Source of the DNA: Rebecca billardiae RCC1528
Lineage: Eukaryota; Protista; Haptophyta
Assembly (NCBI GenBank): GCA_965240325.2
Contig: OZ251226.1
Span: 2,418,001 to 2,482,000, forward strand
Length of the DNA: 64,000 bases
Direction: 5' to 3'
The notes under the pieces are model-generated. The model was not told the DNA's origin, did not search any database, and saw only the letters and a list, made by a program, of their open reading frames with translations. A program made the translations under genes and the position numbers. Shown here piece by piece: positions 12,515-23,967 of this stretch (position 1 is its first letter; every line of letters begins with the position of its first letter).

Positions 12515-12780
12515 TGCGCGAAAAGGATGCTGATGCTGCAGGCGAAACACGCAAACACGAGTTACGACCAGGGCTGCGAGTTTGTGATCACGTGCGCGTG
12601 ATATTACGGGCACGGCGTGAGCCGCCGTGATCACGTCAGTCGTCACGTGATCTGTCACGAGACACGACTCACGTATACTCACGTGACGCCACGCCGGCCG
12701 TGGGCTTCGTCACGTGACGGTCCGGTAGTCGATATGGGCCAGACCCGGACTGGTTTCTTATTAGAGATCGTCGTCGATCG

Positions 12781-12840
12781 TTAACTAGTATTAGTATTAG
12801 TATTAGTTATTAGTTATTAGTATTAGTCGCATTAGTATTA
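12781..12840. repeat. Degenerate (TAGTAT/TAGTTAT)n microsatellite
   Basis: ctagtattagtattagtattagttattagttattagtattag. Confidence 0.85.
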
Positions 12841-12976
12841 TGACCGCGTTCCGCGGTCCTTTTCCGTAGAACCAACGCAGTTCGGGGCCCGCGGCGCAGT
12901 GGTTGAGAATGAGACTGACGAGTCAGTCAGTCCGAGTCAGAAAGACAGTTCAGCCACTCTGAGAGGGAGAGTCAGA

Positions 12977-13290
12977 CCCGAGACCGAGTCTCGGACTCGG
13001 CGCGAGTATGCGGGCGCGCACGGCCAAGGGTGGCATGGGACACCAGCGGACGGGCCGCGCGGGGAAGCGGGGCGGCGCGCTCGCAGGGCGAGAGGCGCGG
13101 ACGGGCCGCGCCCGAGACCGAGTCTCGGACTCGGCGCGAGTATGCGGGCGCGCACGGCCAAGGGTGGCATGGGACACCAGCGGACGGGCCGCGCGGGGAA
13201 GCGGGGCGGCGCGCTCGCAGGGCGAGAGGCGCGGACGGGCCGCGCGGGGAAGCGGGGCGGCGGCGCGCGCAGGGCGAGAGGGCGAGAGGC
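12977..13290. repeat. Tandem repeat, 134-bp period, two copies plus partial subrepeats
   Basis: CCCGAGACCGAGTCTCGGACTCGG... starts at 12977 and 13111; internal subrepeat GCGGACGGGCCGCGCGGGGAAGCGGGGCGG occurs three times. Confidence 0.9.
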
Positions 13291-13329
13291 GCCGCGCGGC
13301 GCCGGGCCGGCGCGTGCGCGCGTGCGGGC

Positions 13330-14498
13330 GCACCTGCTTCAGCTTGCAAGGTGCTCGCGCTGCGCCATGCGCTCGACGAAGGGCCGCTGGTCGCGAGCCG
13401 GCGCGTGCGCGCGAGCGGGCGCACCTGCTTGAGGTACTCGCCCTGCGCCATGCGCTCGACGACGGGCCGCTGGTCGCTCAGCCGGCACGCCTCGTGCCGG
13501 CAGAGCGAGAGCGCGCGCCACTGCAGACTGCTGGCCCGCCGGCCTGCCGGCTGCGCAGCCGCGCACCGAGACCGACCGAGCGGAGCTCGGGGCGGTGGAA
13601 CGAGGCGAGCGGCGCGTCGCGCCTGCCGCCGCGCGTGCGCGCCTGCTCCACCGCGCCGCCGTGCTCGCCCGCCGCCTCCTCCGCCGCGTCGGCCTCGAAG
13701 ACGGCGGCTGCCAGCGGCAGGCTGAGCTGCGCGCGGCTCACTCACACTGTCTGTGAGTCCTCACGCTGCTGCCGGACCTCCGCGCCGCCGTCGACCGAGT
13801 TGAGGAGGAGCTCGCGCTCGGCGTCGAGGCGCGAGCTCGCGTGCTCGAGCTCGCCCTTCAGCCGCGCGAGCTCCGGGCGCATCCGGCTCATCAGCTCTGC
13901 CGCGCCGCTCGCTCGGCGGCGGCGGGCGGCGCGCTCTGCTCCGGTCGGCGAGCGACGAGCTCGCGTGCTCCGGACTCGGCTCGCCCTTGCGCGCTGCTCC
14001 TCGAGTGACGAACGCGCCCGCGGGCAGGTTGTTGCCCGTCGCCCCCGCCGCGATCTCGCCGCCCCCGCCGCGATCTCGTCGCCCGCCGCCTCCTCCGCCG
14101 CGTCGGCCTCGAAGACGGCGCGGCTGCCAGCGGCAGGCTGAGCTGCGCGCGGCTCACTCACACTGTCTGTGAGTCCTCACGCTGCTGCCGGACCTCCGCG
14201 CCGCCGTCGACTGAGTTGAGGAGGAGCTCGGGCTCGGCGTCGAGGCGCGAGCTCGCGTGCTCGAGCTCGCCCTTCAGCCGCGCGAGCTCCGGGCGCATCC
14301 GGCTCATCAGCTCTGCCGCGCCGCTCGCTCGGCGGCGGCGGGCGGCGCGCTCTGCTCCGGTCGGCGAGCGACGAGCTCGCGTGCTCCGGACTCGGCTCGC
14401 CCTTGCGCGCTGCTCCTCGAGTGACGAACGCGCCCGCGGGCAGGTTGTTGCCCGTCGCCCCCGCCGCGATCTCGCCGCCCCCGCCGCGATCTCGTCGC
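13330..14498 (-). pseudogene. Decayed, tandemly duplicated coding fragment (coiled-coil-like); ~415-bp duplication 13665-14078 / 14079-14498
   Basis: Two copies of ELMSRMRPELARLKGELEHASSRLDAE..QTV*; duplicated exon-like DQRP(V/F)VERMAQ segment next to gtgcgc donors; stops and frameshifts. Confidence 0.55.
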
Positions 14499-15078
14499 GC
14501 ATGTGTCCGTGGCGCGCGCCTGCGAGGTGACAGGCGGGCCGCGAGCTCAGCCTCGGGGAGAGCGGAGCGAGGAGAGGGCGAGACGCGCGGCCTGCGAGGC
14601 GACAGGCGCGCTCGGGGAGAGCATTTTACTATTCACATTTAAAAGTGATCAAGTTTCCCGAGCCCGTGCCTTGCCGTTTAATTATCGGTTGGCGGTTGGC
14701 GGCAATCTCATACTTAAAATCGCGCTCGTAACGAACCGTTACACTAATGTCACGTCCAGCTGACGTCCAGATCGCACTTTACTTAAGGGAATCAGCTGGG
14801 CGCGCTTATTTTCGGCCTAATAGACCTCTCTATGCGATCTCAAAAACTCGAAACTCGGTCTCCGCCAGCCCTAAAAATCGCCCCCGTCCCTTTTTTCTTG
14901 ATCAAAGATCTTTTTGAAACGTGGTTCGGTCCCGCTGGTGCGGGCTCCACGCTGCGCGCTCCGCCCTGCACCGCGGGCCATTATAATAATAGTGTATTAA
15001 ATAATATTTATACTTATTATCTGTAGAGAGAGAGCCATCGGTCTCGGAGATAACTACGGAGAGAGAGCGCGCTATCTG

Positions 15079-15080
<2 letters not shown>

Positions 15081-15161
<81 letters not shown>
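15081..15161. repeat. (CT)n microsatellite
   Basis: About 40 uninterrupted CT units. Confidence 0.98.
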
Positions 15162-15163
<2 letters not shown>

Positions 15164-15797
15164 AATGCGCAATGTTTCCATATTTATATTAATATCTATA
15201 TATGCAATATGCAATGTTTCCATATATTGGCTCTAAAGATATGCCTAAATGGGGCAAAACCAATTTGCGGGCCCGGGGCCGTAGGCCCGCCCCTTGCCTT
15301 TGCGTCCTTGCTCGGCTTGTACTGCCCGGCATAAATAGATTCATCATCATTAAAAGAAAATAATGACACGTGATGGCATCATCGTCAAGTTTTTCAGTTG
15401 AACAAACTCCTGCGTCGCCGTCCTCTGACAGACTGGCTGATGATGCTCCGGGACCCCTGGGGCTGGGCCTGGCTGGCGGCCTCCCAACTCGTGATCGTCA
15501 TTCGTCTACCGGACTTGTCGTAAGCTACCCTGCTATCATAACGCAAAATTAAAATATAGGGCTACGCTATGGTACGTTCAATTAACGTATTGTGCGTACG
15601 CGAGAAAATAGAAATCATACAGTTTACTAAGAATGAGAGATGCACATAATCATGCTGTTGGCATGGCATAGTGCATACCCCCGCCCCCTCTGGAGGCGGG
15701 CTGTCCACAGTGGTAAGTGGTATCAGGGCACTAGGTGTCTCGGTCAATCTGATACTCCCCCCCTCCCCCGACTCCTCTACCGTATTGGCAATAAATA

Positions 15798-15896
15798 CTA
15801 CAGTTTATTTGTTTTAACGTGCGTAAGGCTCACGGTGGCAGGTTGCCGCGCCATCCTTCATCGCACGCTCTCCGAGAGAGACCTGGAAACTGGTTT
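15798..15896 (-). mobile_element. 5'-truncated copy of a tRNA-derived SINE-like family
   Basis: Near-identical to 35638-35736 and 47956-48041; shares the minus-strand 3' end ..GCACGTTAAAACAAATAAACTGTA. Confidence 0.75.
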
Positions 15897-16264
15897 AGTA
15901 GGACATTGTAACGTCGTGGCGTGCAACGGCCATTCGTCAAGAGTCAATAAATTCCCCTTTATAACGGGCTCCGGGTGATCAGACTGGCGGCCGAAGCCTC
16001 CAGCCCTACCCTGGCCAGCCCCAGTAGCTGTAGATAGTATAGTATATCTACTCGGCTCGCAGTTACAAAACCGTGCGTACAATCATTAAAGATCAGAGCT
16101 TCGGGTGATGACGAGTTGACGACCGGCGCGGGCGCCGGTCGGCGCGCGTTTTATTAGGCAGGCGCTCAAGTTACAAATAGACGAAATAGTGATTGTAGTC
16201 CAAAATAATAGTCAATTAAGTCCATCACCCCGTCACCCGCGGGCGTGGCCGTGGCCCGTGCAAC

Positions 16265-17500
16265 ATGCTGTCGCGCGTGCAGGCCGTGTTGTTGGCAGGC
16301 GCGCTTCTCGCCGAGTCGTGCAGCGCCTCTCTTCCGAGCTGTTCCGGGTCGGTCGATAACGCTGAGCCGGATATCGATTGCAACAATGCCCCGTCGATCT
16401 CCATCACGAACGAGATGGTCGACTCTACACTGTCCACCAGCTCCCTCGCCGGGTTGAACGCGTACGGCAACGCCATCTTGAAGTTCGCAAACAATCGTGC
16501 TGAAGCGGTGGTGCTCACGCTCAACACGAGAGTTGCAGGCGACCCTGGTGAGTGCTGCATGCAGTACGCCGACGCCAGCACGCCGACGCTCGCTCCCATC
16601 CCCGTGCACATCACCGTGCGGCGTGCAGCCACCTGCCCTCGCACATGGCTCGCGTCGCCGTGCTGACGCTGCAGCGCCCCGTACGTGCCCTGCGCAGCGG
16701 ATTGCGCCATGGAGGTCATCAACGTCTTCCGGGACGCCGCACCAGGCTGCGACAATGATGATGTGATGACTGCGGAGGATCCTGACCTGAATCCGGCAGA
16801 CGAATGCCTGCCCACGCCACTGCGCAGGCGCCTTTTCAATACGCCGACAGCGTATGCCGACTCCGCAGTGATCGAGAATGTGCAGCCAGGCGAGCTTCTC
16901 TGGATCGTCGTCGACATGGAGGAGAACTACGGTGGCTGCGGTCTGATGACTACGCCATACACGTATGCAACACGCACACTCAACCTGTGCTGCTCTGCAA
17001 GCACCTTGGCAGCTGGCAACGAGTGCGATCCCGACTTTGGCACCTCGGGGCAACAGTGCGTGGAGGGTTGGACCGCGGCTTCCCCGCCGCCGCCTTCCCC
17101 GCCGCCGGCTCCCCCGCCTGCTACGTGGTCTTTCTGCAGGCCGTCTTCTTTGTGCGGCGTGTACTTCTCTGTGCGTCATCATGCTGCAGTGCGCCCGTCC
17201 TAGTACACGGTTACTACCCCAGCATCTCATCCGCGCCCAGCCAGCGCGTTGTGCCATGACTGATAACAACCGCGCTTCCTTGGGTGCTGTGGCGTGTGCT
17301 GCGCCTGCCGCCGCTGCGCAGATCATAGCCCACATACTACGTCGTCTTCGGCTCTGGCTCTCGCAGGTGTGGTAATTGATGCACGGCGGACTGATGAGTG
17401 ACAATGCCAATGGCTGTGAGTGGATGACGCAGTGTGAGAGTGGCTGGCCGAACGACTTCTCATTATTCGACGACCGTGCCGCGCCGCGCAAACGGCATAA
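16265..17500 (+). CDS. Secreted Cys-rich protein with Pro-rich linker; 3' part unresolved or degenerate
   Basis: Signal peptide MLSRVQAVLLAGALLAESCSA. A 111-nt GT-AG intron (16564-16674, ctgac branch point) removes the in-frame TGA and joins ORFs 16265 and 16685. SPPPPSPPPAPPP linker; Cys-rich fragments continue past 17203 in other frames. Confidence 0.6.
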
Positions 17501-17981
17501 AGCGCGACTGCTGACTTCATTTGCGCGCGCTATCGACGTTACTCACTGTTGCTCATATCGGAGACGACAAACTGCTACAGTATTTACACTGCTGGTAACC
17601 GTATGACTGCCTACTATGACAGTATGGCACAGCCCGATATTCAGCGGCGTACGTACTTACTAGTAGTTACTAGTTACTAGTTACTACGTCTAATGAGTAG
17701 CGCAGTAATACGCTATACGTACTGTACTGTCGTCTATACAGTATACGTATTGCCCCATGACACGATTTGTGCACCGTCGGACATTCCGAGGCTGCTGTGA
17801 GATTCACGCCATCTGCTTGGGAATCGTCGACGGTTACGGGTAAGTAGTTTTGATATATTAATTTATTCCGATATCGAACACACACACACACACATATATA
17901 TATATATTAATATACTTATCGTCTCTGACTCAGCATCGGCGGCGAGCCGCGCTCGAATTGGTTTAAGAACAGTGTGCCATA

Positions 17982-18214
17982 ATTGGAGGTGTGGCTGATG
18001 ATCCGCATATCTGTCAGCAACGCGGTACTAATGTCGTCCAAGGCTACTGCTAAATAAAGGGACCGTCGCCTGGGATGGTCTAGCAGGCCAGCTATTGATG
18101 TAGACGATGATCATCAGTGGCGGCGATCCCGCCGAAGTTCCTTGATGTCGTCAAGATGCAACGCTCCAGTGACCGGACTGGGGGGGGGGGGGGGGCGAAG
18201 GCGAAGCCGGAGCC
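17982..18214 (+). mobile_element. Solo degenerate arm of the GGCTCC-TIR family (homologous to 35931-36114)
   Basis: Aligns to the reverse complement of 35931-36114 with many short insertions; ends G-run + CGAAGCCGGAGCC; partner arm not found. Confidence 0.7.
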
Positions 18215-18268
18215 GATTCGTTGCCAGGCGAATTCAATAGCTTAGCTTACTGCTTTAATAAAATACTT

Positions 18269-19228
18269 TCAACCTTCCGGTGCCAGAGTCCCAAGCAGGC
18301 TCGGGTGGAGGTACTTGTCAAACCACGCCTCGGCCAGCTTGAACGCGGCGTCGCCGTCGCGCAACGAAGCCTCCGAAGGCGCGTCGTGCGCAAACCCGTG
18401 CGGCTGCCCCTCGAAGCTGCGCACAAAGTAGCGCTGACGCGCGCATTCGTTGAGAGCGAGGGCGTCCTGCAGCGCGCGCGCGTCCGCTGGGCACGCCCCG
18501 GGGATCGTGTCGTCCCCCGCGAAGACGGCGAGAAGCGGCGTCGCGAGCGTGCGCCCGATCGTCCCTGCGTCGTACCGCGTCGGATAGAAGACGGCGGCGG
18601 CGTGCGCGTCGACGAAGCCGCCGGCGAGCAGTTCAAGCGCGCGGCCGCCGCCATGGCAGAAGCCGAGCAGCCCCAGCAGCTCGACGCCGTGCGCCGAGTT
18701 GAGGTACGCCGCCGCGCCCATCACGTCGGCCGCGATGCGCGGCAGCGGGTACCGATCGCGCCAGCGTTCGTACGCCACCCCCGACGGCGCCTCGCCCCGC
18801 GGCCAGGCGGAGCCCGCGAAGAGGTCGGGCAGCAGGACGTGCGCCTCGCACGACGCGGCGATGCGCTCGGCGGCGGCGCGGGTCTCCTCGGATTGCCAGC
18901 CGTAGATGTCGCCAAGGATGACGATGCCCTTGTTCGACTCGCCCATCGCCGCCCGATGCGCTGCGAGGTACCCGCGCACCGGCCGCCCGTCGGTGGCCGG
19001 GAAGACGAGCTCCTCCGTGTGCAGTGGCGCCGGCTGGTAGGCCGGGTCGTCGTCTGGCCAATCGCCATCTGCCTCGGCCTCGGCCTCAGCGCCCGTGCGC
19101 CCTGGGAGCTTGGGCGCGGGCTGGCGCGCGCTGGGAGCCCCGCGCTGCGACGGACCTGGCCGCGCTGGCCGCTCTATCGCCCCGTGCTGCAAGAGGAGGA
19201 GCCCGCACAGCGCAGCGGCGGCAGCCAT
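18269..19228 (-). CDS. Dienelactone hydrolase (carboxymethylenebutenolidase-like) with N-terminal targeting peptide
   Basis: GIVILGDIYG, LLPDLF, nucleophile motif GFCHGG, FAGDD, FEGQPHGFAH. Confidence 0.92.
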   Translation of the reverse strand: MAAAAALCGLLLLQHGAIERPARPGPSQRGAPSARQPAPKLPGRTGAEAEAEADGDWPDDDPAYQPAPLHTEELVFPATDGRPVRGYLAAHRAAMGESNKGIVILGDIYGWQSEETRAAAERIAASCEAHVLLPDLFAGSAWPRGEAPSGVAYERWRDRYPLPRIAADVMGAAAYLNSAHGVELLGLLGFCHGGGRALELLAGGFVDAHAAAVFYPTRYDAGTIGRTLATPLLAVFAGDDTIPGACPADARALQDALALNECARQRYFVRSFEGQPHGFAHDAPSEASLRDGDAAFKLAEAWFDKYLHPSLLGTLAPEG

Positions 19229-19331
19229 CGTTGACCCCACCGCTACTGTAGGCAGAGCGTGCGCGGGTCGACGGCGAACGTGATCGCTTTCGGCCTGCAG
19301 GGGTGACGGAAGCACTGCACGATCGTCATTG

Positions 19332-20927
19332 ATGTGCACGACTGGCCTGCTGCTCGCGCTCGTCGCCGGCGCGCACATCCCGAGCCCTACAGCGTGGGCG
19401 GGCAGCCGCGCGCACGCTCGTGCAGTGCGCTCCCCGCGCCCGAGCGCTTTGCGAGCGACCGCCGTGGACGCTGAGGGCACCGCGCTGCTCGACGAGATAG
19501 CGGCGGCGGGTGATGCGGCAGTCAAAGTCGTCGTGGCAGACCTCGCCGCGCCGGTCCCCCTCCCCGAGTACCTGGTGACCGAGCTGAGTGAGCACTTCCC
19601 AACCATGTCCACCGCGCGCAAGCTCGTGCGCAAGGGCATCGTGCTGCTCAACGGCGAGCGCTCACGGTGCGAGCTGAGCGTGAGAAGTGGCGACCAGCTC
19701 GTGGTGCTCCCGCGCCATTCGCACTACGAGGCCCCGGCTCGCGCGCGGCGCCGGGAGCACGCGTGGTGGGAGTCGGAGGACCCCATCCCGCCCTCCGCCC
19801 AGCTGCTGTCCAGCACGCGCGCCGAGCTCGCCGACGTGCTCTGCGGCTCCGGCCGCGCGTCCACTGTCTGGGACTGCTTGCGGCGCGGCGAGGACCCGAG
19901 CACGTCCGCACACGTGACGGAGCGGACGAAGAGCATCCTCGCGCTCGCGCGGCTCTCGGTCTCGGAGATTGGCACCGTCTCGCACCGCACGGTCACCCGC
20001 GACGGCACCGCCAAGCTGCTCCTCCGCCTCGCCGACGGGCTGGAGGTCGAGACGGTGCTGATCCCGTGGCCCGAGCGCGGCCGTACAACCATCTGCGTGA
20101 GCTCGCAGGTCGGCTGCGCGCAGGCGTGCTCGTTCTGCGCGACGGGGCGGATGGGGCGGCTGCGCTCGCTCTCGGCGGACGAGATCCTCGTGCAGGCCTT
20201 CCACGGCCGGCAGACCGCGCGCGAGCTCGGCATGCCGCCGCTCGAGGGCGTCGTCTTCATGGGGATGGGCGAGGCTGCGGACAACGCCGACGAGGTGGTC
20301 ACGGCCGCCAGGGCGCTCGGCGACGACCTGCGCTTCCGGTTCTCGCGCTCGCGGATCACGATCTCGACGATCGCGCCGACGCCGCAGGCGTTCGCCGACC
20401 TCGCGCGCTCGGGCTGCGTGCTCGCCTGGTCGGTGCACGCCGCGGACGACGCGCTGCGCAAGCAGCTCGTGCCGACGACGCGGCACTCGATGGCGGAGCT
20501 GCGCGACGGCCTGAGCGCGGCGCTGCTCTCGCTGCCCAAGAACGCGCGGCAGGTGATGATCGAGGTGGTGCTGATCGAGGGCGTGAACGACGAGCCGCAC
20601 CACGCCGCGCAGCTCCTCGAGTTCCTCGAGCCGCTCCGCTCGGCCTCGCGACACCCCAAGGTGATGGTCGACCTGATCCCGTACAACGCCGTCGACCACG
20701 CGCGCCACTACCGCAAGCCGTCGTTTGAGCGCGTGACCGCCTTCCAGCGCGTGCTGATCGACGGCGGCATGTTCACCTTCGTCCGCACGACGCGCGGGGA
20801 CGATGGCGATGCCGCGTGCGGCCAGCTGGCCACGCGTCGCGCGAAGCACCCGGCTGCGGAGGCGCAGGGCGTGCCATCAGCGCATGTCGCTGCTGAGGGC
20901 GCAGCAGCGCCCGGCGGCGGCGCTTGA
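19332..20927 (+). CDS. rlmN: RlmN/Cfr-family radical SAM RNA methyltransferase with N-terminal S4-like domain, probably plastid-targeted
   Basis: VETVLIP, TICVSSQVGCAQACSFCATG (CxxxCxxC), VFMGMGE, ITISTI, LIPYN, DAACGQL; upstream STARKLVRKGIVLLNGE..VRSGDQL is S4-like. Confidence 0.93.
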   Translation: MCTTGLLLALVAGAHIPSPTAWAGSRAHARAVRSPRPSALRATAVDAEGTALLDEIAAAGDAAVKVVVADLAAPVPLPEYLVTELSEHFPTMSTARKLVRKGIVLLNGERSRCELSVRSGDQLVVLPRHSHYEAPARARRREHAWWESEDPIPPSAQLLSSTRAELADVLCGSGRASTVWDCLRRGEDPSTSAHVTERTKSILALARLSVSEIGTVSHRTVTRDGTAKLLLRLADGLEVETVLIPWPERGRTTICVSSQVGCAQACSFCATGRMGRLRSLSADEILVQAFHGRQTARELGMPPLEGVVFMGMGEAADNADEVVTAARALGDDLRFRFSRSRITISTIAPTPQAFADLARSGCVLAWSVHAADDALRKQLVPTTRHSMAELRDGLSAALLSLPKNARQVMIEVVLIEGVNDEPHHAAQLLEFLEPLRSASRHPKVMVDLIPYNAVDHARHYRKPSFERVTAFQRVLIDGGMFTFVRTTRGDDGDAACGQLATRRAKHPAAEAQGVPSAHVAAEGAAAPGGGA

Positions 20928-21648
20928 GCGCCCGTGCAAGCTGCCGGCGGCGCCGCCCGCAGCAGCGCCAGCGGGCCCAGCGGCGGCCTCGGCTTTGGTG
21001 ATGGCTCTTTCTGAGACTGAGCGTGACATGGCCACCCCGTGGCGGGGCCTGCCGCAGCCGTACCCCTTGGTCTGAATAAGCTGGCTGTCTCCGGTGCGAC
21101 GCTGTAATTGCCTGCCCGCGTGAATTCCAGGCCGCTGTCAGCAGTGTCCAAGGATCGTCGAATTCACTCACCCCTTTATTGATGATGATGATGACGCCAC
21201 GAGTTATATTATTGAACTTGACCGCCTGACGCCCGTGCCCGTGCCCGTGCCCGTGCGCCGTGCCCGGGCCGTGCCCGTTGCAGGCGTCGTGTCAGCTCGG
21301 TGCAGACGGTCACGGTGCCCACTCACGCAGCACTTACTATTCCGATAATCCGTACTACTCCTGCTGACGAACTAGCGCAGTTCTTACATCAGCATACCGT
21401 AGTTCAATGTGATGATGCCGACATGTAAAGTCTTGAGTCCTATTGATGCATGCAGCCCCCCCTCTGCCCCAGGCCGCCACCGCACCCGCACCGGCCGCCG
21501 GCGGCCGGGCCCGGCGCTGAGGCCGGTGCGGACCGGAGTGAGGATTGAGGCGGCCCGCTGGGCACCCGCCGCACCAGCCCGAAAGCCACGGCCGTCAACC
21601 CTGCGCGTGCCTGTCGAGCAGCAGCCTGCAACACGCGTTCGATCCTGC

Positions 21649-22617
21649 TCACGCGGCAGCGCCCTGGGGCTTGTTGACGACAATCCCACCCGTCGACTTG
21701 AGCACAGCAGCGCCTCCGAGCGCCAGGGGGAGGCCGAGCGCGAGGGAAGGCAGTGCAGGCACGGCGACCACGAGCGCGGCAGCGGCGATGAGCGCGCCGG
21801 CGAGCGCGCGCGCGGTGATGCTCTTCGCCTCGAGCACTTTCCGCCACGCGCGACGAGCAGCACCGGCCGCCTCCGCCCCGGCGATCCGCTCGAAGACGAA
21901 CTTGGTGCCCGAAGTGCCGCCCGTGCTGATGCGCACGCGCTCGTCCACAAACGTCGTGTCGAGGTACACGGACGACTCGGGGCCGACGCGCAGGTTGAGT
22001 GGGCCGAAGCGCACGCGCGGCTGGCCAAAGCTCGCGCGCACGCTCAAGTGCGACTTGGCCGTCTCGCTGCGCTTCGCGCCCGGAGCGTCCTCGCGCACGG
22101 CGGGCCCGGCGAGCACGACGTCTCCGGGAACTTTCCCAAACAGCCGGAAGCCCAGGTGGTTGACCGCGGTGACCGTGTCGCCGTCACGGACGATGTCCTG
22201 GCGCAGCGTCTCGGTGCGGAAGTTCTTGCGCCCAAAGCGCCCTCGGAACTTGCCGCCGGCCGCGTTCGCCTTCTCGGAGGACACCTGCGACGTGTAGATC
22301 AGGTCGCACGGGCTGTACAGCCGGCTGTCCTCCGCGATGTCGGCCGGGCCGTCGTAGCGGAGCTCGCACGAGCGAATGATGTTGTCGATGCGCGCGCGAA
22401 TGGTCTCATTCGCATCGAGGCCGCGGTCGGTGGGGCGTGCCAGCTCGAGCAGGCGGTCGACGGGCGCAGGGCCAGTGGGCGGCGGCTTGGAAGCCACGAT
22501 GGCTTTCGTCACAAGCGATCGAACATACGTCGTGAGGGCAAGTCCAGGGCTGACGACGTCGCTCGCCGATGCGACACCGGCGCTAAGCAGCAGCACGATC
22601 GACGCTGGGCTGCGCAT
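21649..22617 (-). CDS. PAP/fibrillin-family plastid lipid-associated protein
   Basis: Signal peptide; LLELARPTDRGL, LIYTS, YLDTTFVDERVRISTGG..FVFER; C-terminal hydrophobic hairpin. Confidence 0.85.
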   Translation of the reverse strand: MRSPASIVLLLSAGVASASDVVSPGLALTTYVRSLVTKAIVASKPPPTGPAPVDRLLELARPTDRGLDANETIRARIDNIIRSCELRYDGPADIAEDSRLYSPCDLIYTSQVSSEKANAAGGKFRGRFGRKNFRTETLRQDIVRDGDTVTAVNHLGFRLFGKVPGDVVLAGPAVREDAPGAKRSETAKSHLSVRASFGQPRVRFGPLNLRVGPESSVYLDTTFVDERVRISTGGTSGTKFVFERIAGAEAAGAARRAWRKVLEAKSITARALAGALIAAAALVVAVPALPSLALGLPLALGGAAVLKSTGGIVVNKPQGAAA

Positions 22618-22759
22618 GACGGGCAGCGCGGCCGTGGATTCGCGCGCCGACGAGGCCGACCGAGGCCTTCCTTCGGGGGTCGGCGGTCCAATCGGGTGAG
22701 CTCACGCCCAGCCAGCGAAGACTGTTTGCGCGTCGTCAATTTGGTCATAAAAGCCGAGC

Positions 22760-23850
22760 CAGTCTGCAGCCGGACCGTACCGGACCAACCCCCACCGAGC
22801 GTGGAGGGTCTGAGGCCGGAAGGTAGACATGCTTGTGTTTTCATGGGGCGTGGACGGCCGCGACGTGCTCGCGGACCGTGCGAGCCGTGGCAGGCGTGCG
22901 GGCTCGTCGGGGTAGTAATTCGAGTTCCACAAACATGTGGGCAAGCTCAAACCGACGCGTAAGCCGCCTCTCGAGCGCTTCTCCGCGATCCTGCACTGGC
23001 CATCACAGGTCGCCCGAGATGGCTCCGAAACGCACGCGTGCCCATTTCTCGTGCGCAAACGCGTGCGCGACACCGAAACCGCTGACGGAGACGCAGGACC
23101 GGAGCACCCGATGCCCGCCGTCCCACCCGCGCGCCCCGCACCACTGCAAGCTCGCCCGCTGCCGAGCCTGGAAGAGGGCTCCCTGCAGCCACATGCGCAG
23201 GAAGACCGTCATCACGCGCAAAACGAGGCCGGCCCGAAAAGCCGACTCCTCAGTCCTGCGCAGCAACTCTCGCTGGTCGTTTTTCGGAATTATCCCGGCG
23301 GCCTTTTTTCGAGCTTCGAAAAAACCAGCGAGAGTTGCTGCCGCAGGACTGAGGAGTCGGCTTTTCGGGCCGGCCTCGTTTTGCGCGTGATGACGGTCTT
23401 CCTGCGCATGTGGCTGCAGGGAGCCCTCTTCCAGGCTCGGCAGCGGGCGAGCTTACAGTGGTGCGGGGCGCGCGGGTGGGACGGCGGGCATCGGGTGCTC
23501 CGGCCCTGCGTCTCCGTCAGCGGTTTCGGTGTCGCGCACGCGTTTGCGCACGAGAAATGGGCACGCGTGCGTTTCGGAGCCATCTCGGGCGACCTGTGAT
23601 GGCCAGTGCAGGATCGCGGAGAAGCGCTCGAGAGGCGGCTTACGCGTCGGTTTGAGCTTGCCCACATGTTTGTGGAACTCGAATTACTACCCCGACGAGC
23701 CCGCACGCCTGCCACGGCTCGCACGGTCCGCGAGCACGTCGCGGCCGTCCACGCCCCATGAAAACACAGGCATGCGCACTGCTCCGCCTTCAGACCCTCC
23801 CCCGCTTGTCGGGGGGGGTGTCCGGGGCGTAGGTCCGGGTCTGCAGACTG
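22760..23850. mobile_element. Non-autonomous foldback (Mutator-like) element: ~520-bp inverted arms, ~45-nt loop, 10-bp TSD
   Basis: Termini CAGTCTGCAG...CTGCAGACTG; AAAGCCGAGC duplicated at 22750-22759 and 23851-23860; inner arms (~22834-23277 vs ~23325-23768) nearly perfect. Confidence 0.92.
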
Positions 23851-23967
23851 AAAGCCGAGCAGGCCAGCAGCGATTTCCGGACTTCCCGGACCTCGGTCGC
23901 TGACGAGTTGACGACGACGACGGTGTGGACGGGCGGACGCACGCGAGCTTTCGGCATCAACCCGATC

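Noticed and set aside
16664-16666. In-frame TGA as selenocysteine in a Cys-rich protein
   Set aside because: A frame-preserving 111-nt GT-AG intron (16564-16674) removes it; the TGA is part of a ctgac branch-point motif.
22833-23903. Paired ORFs on both strands of the palindrome (also at 6569-7863)
   Set aside because: By-products of the inverted arms; no transposase or other motifs.
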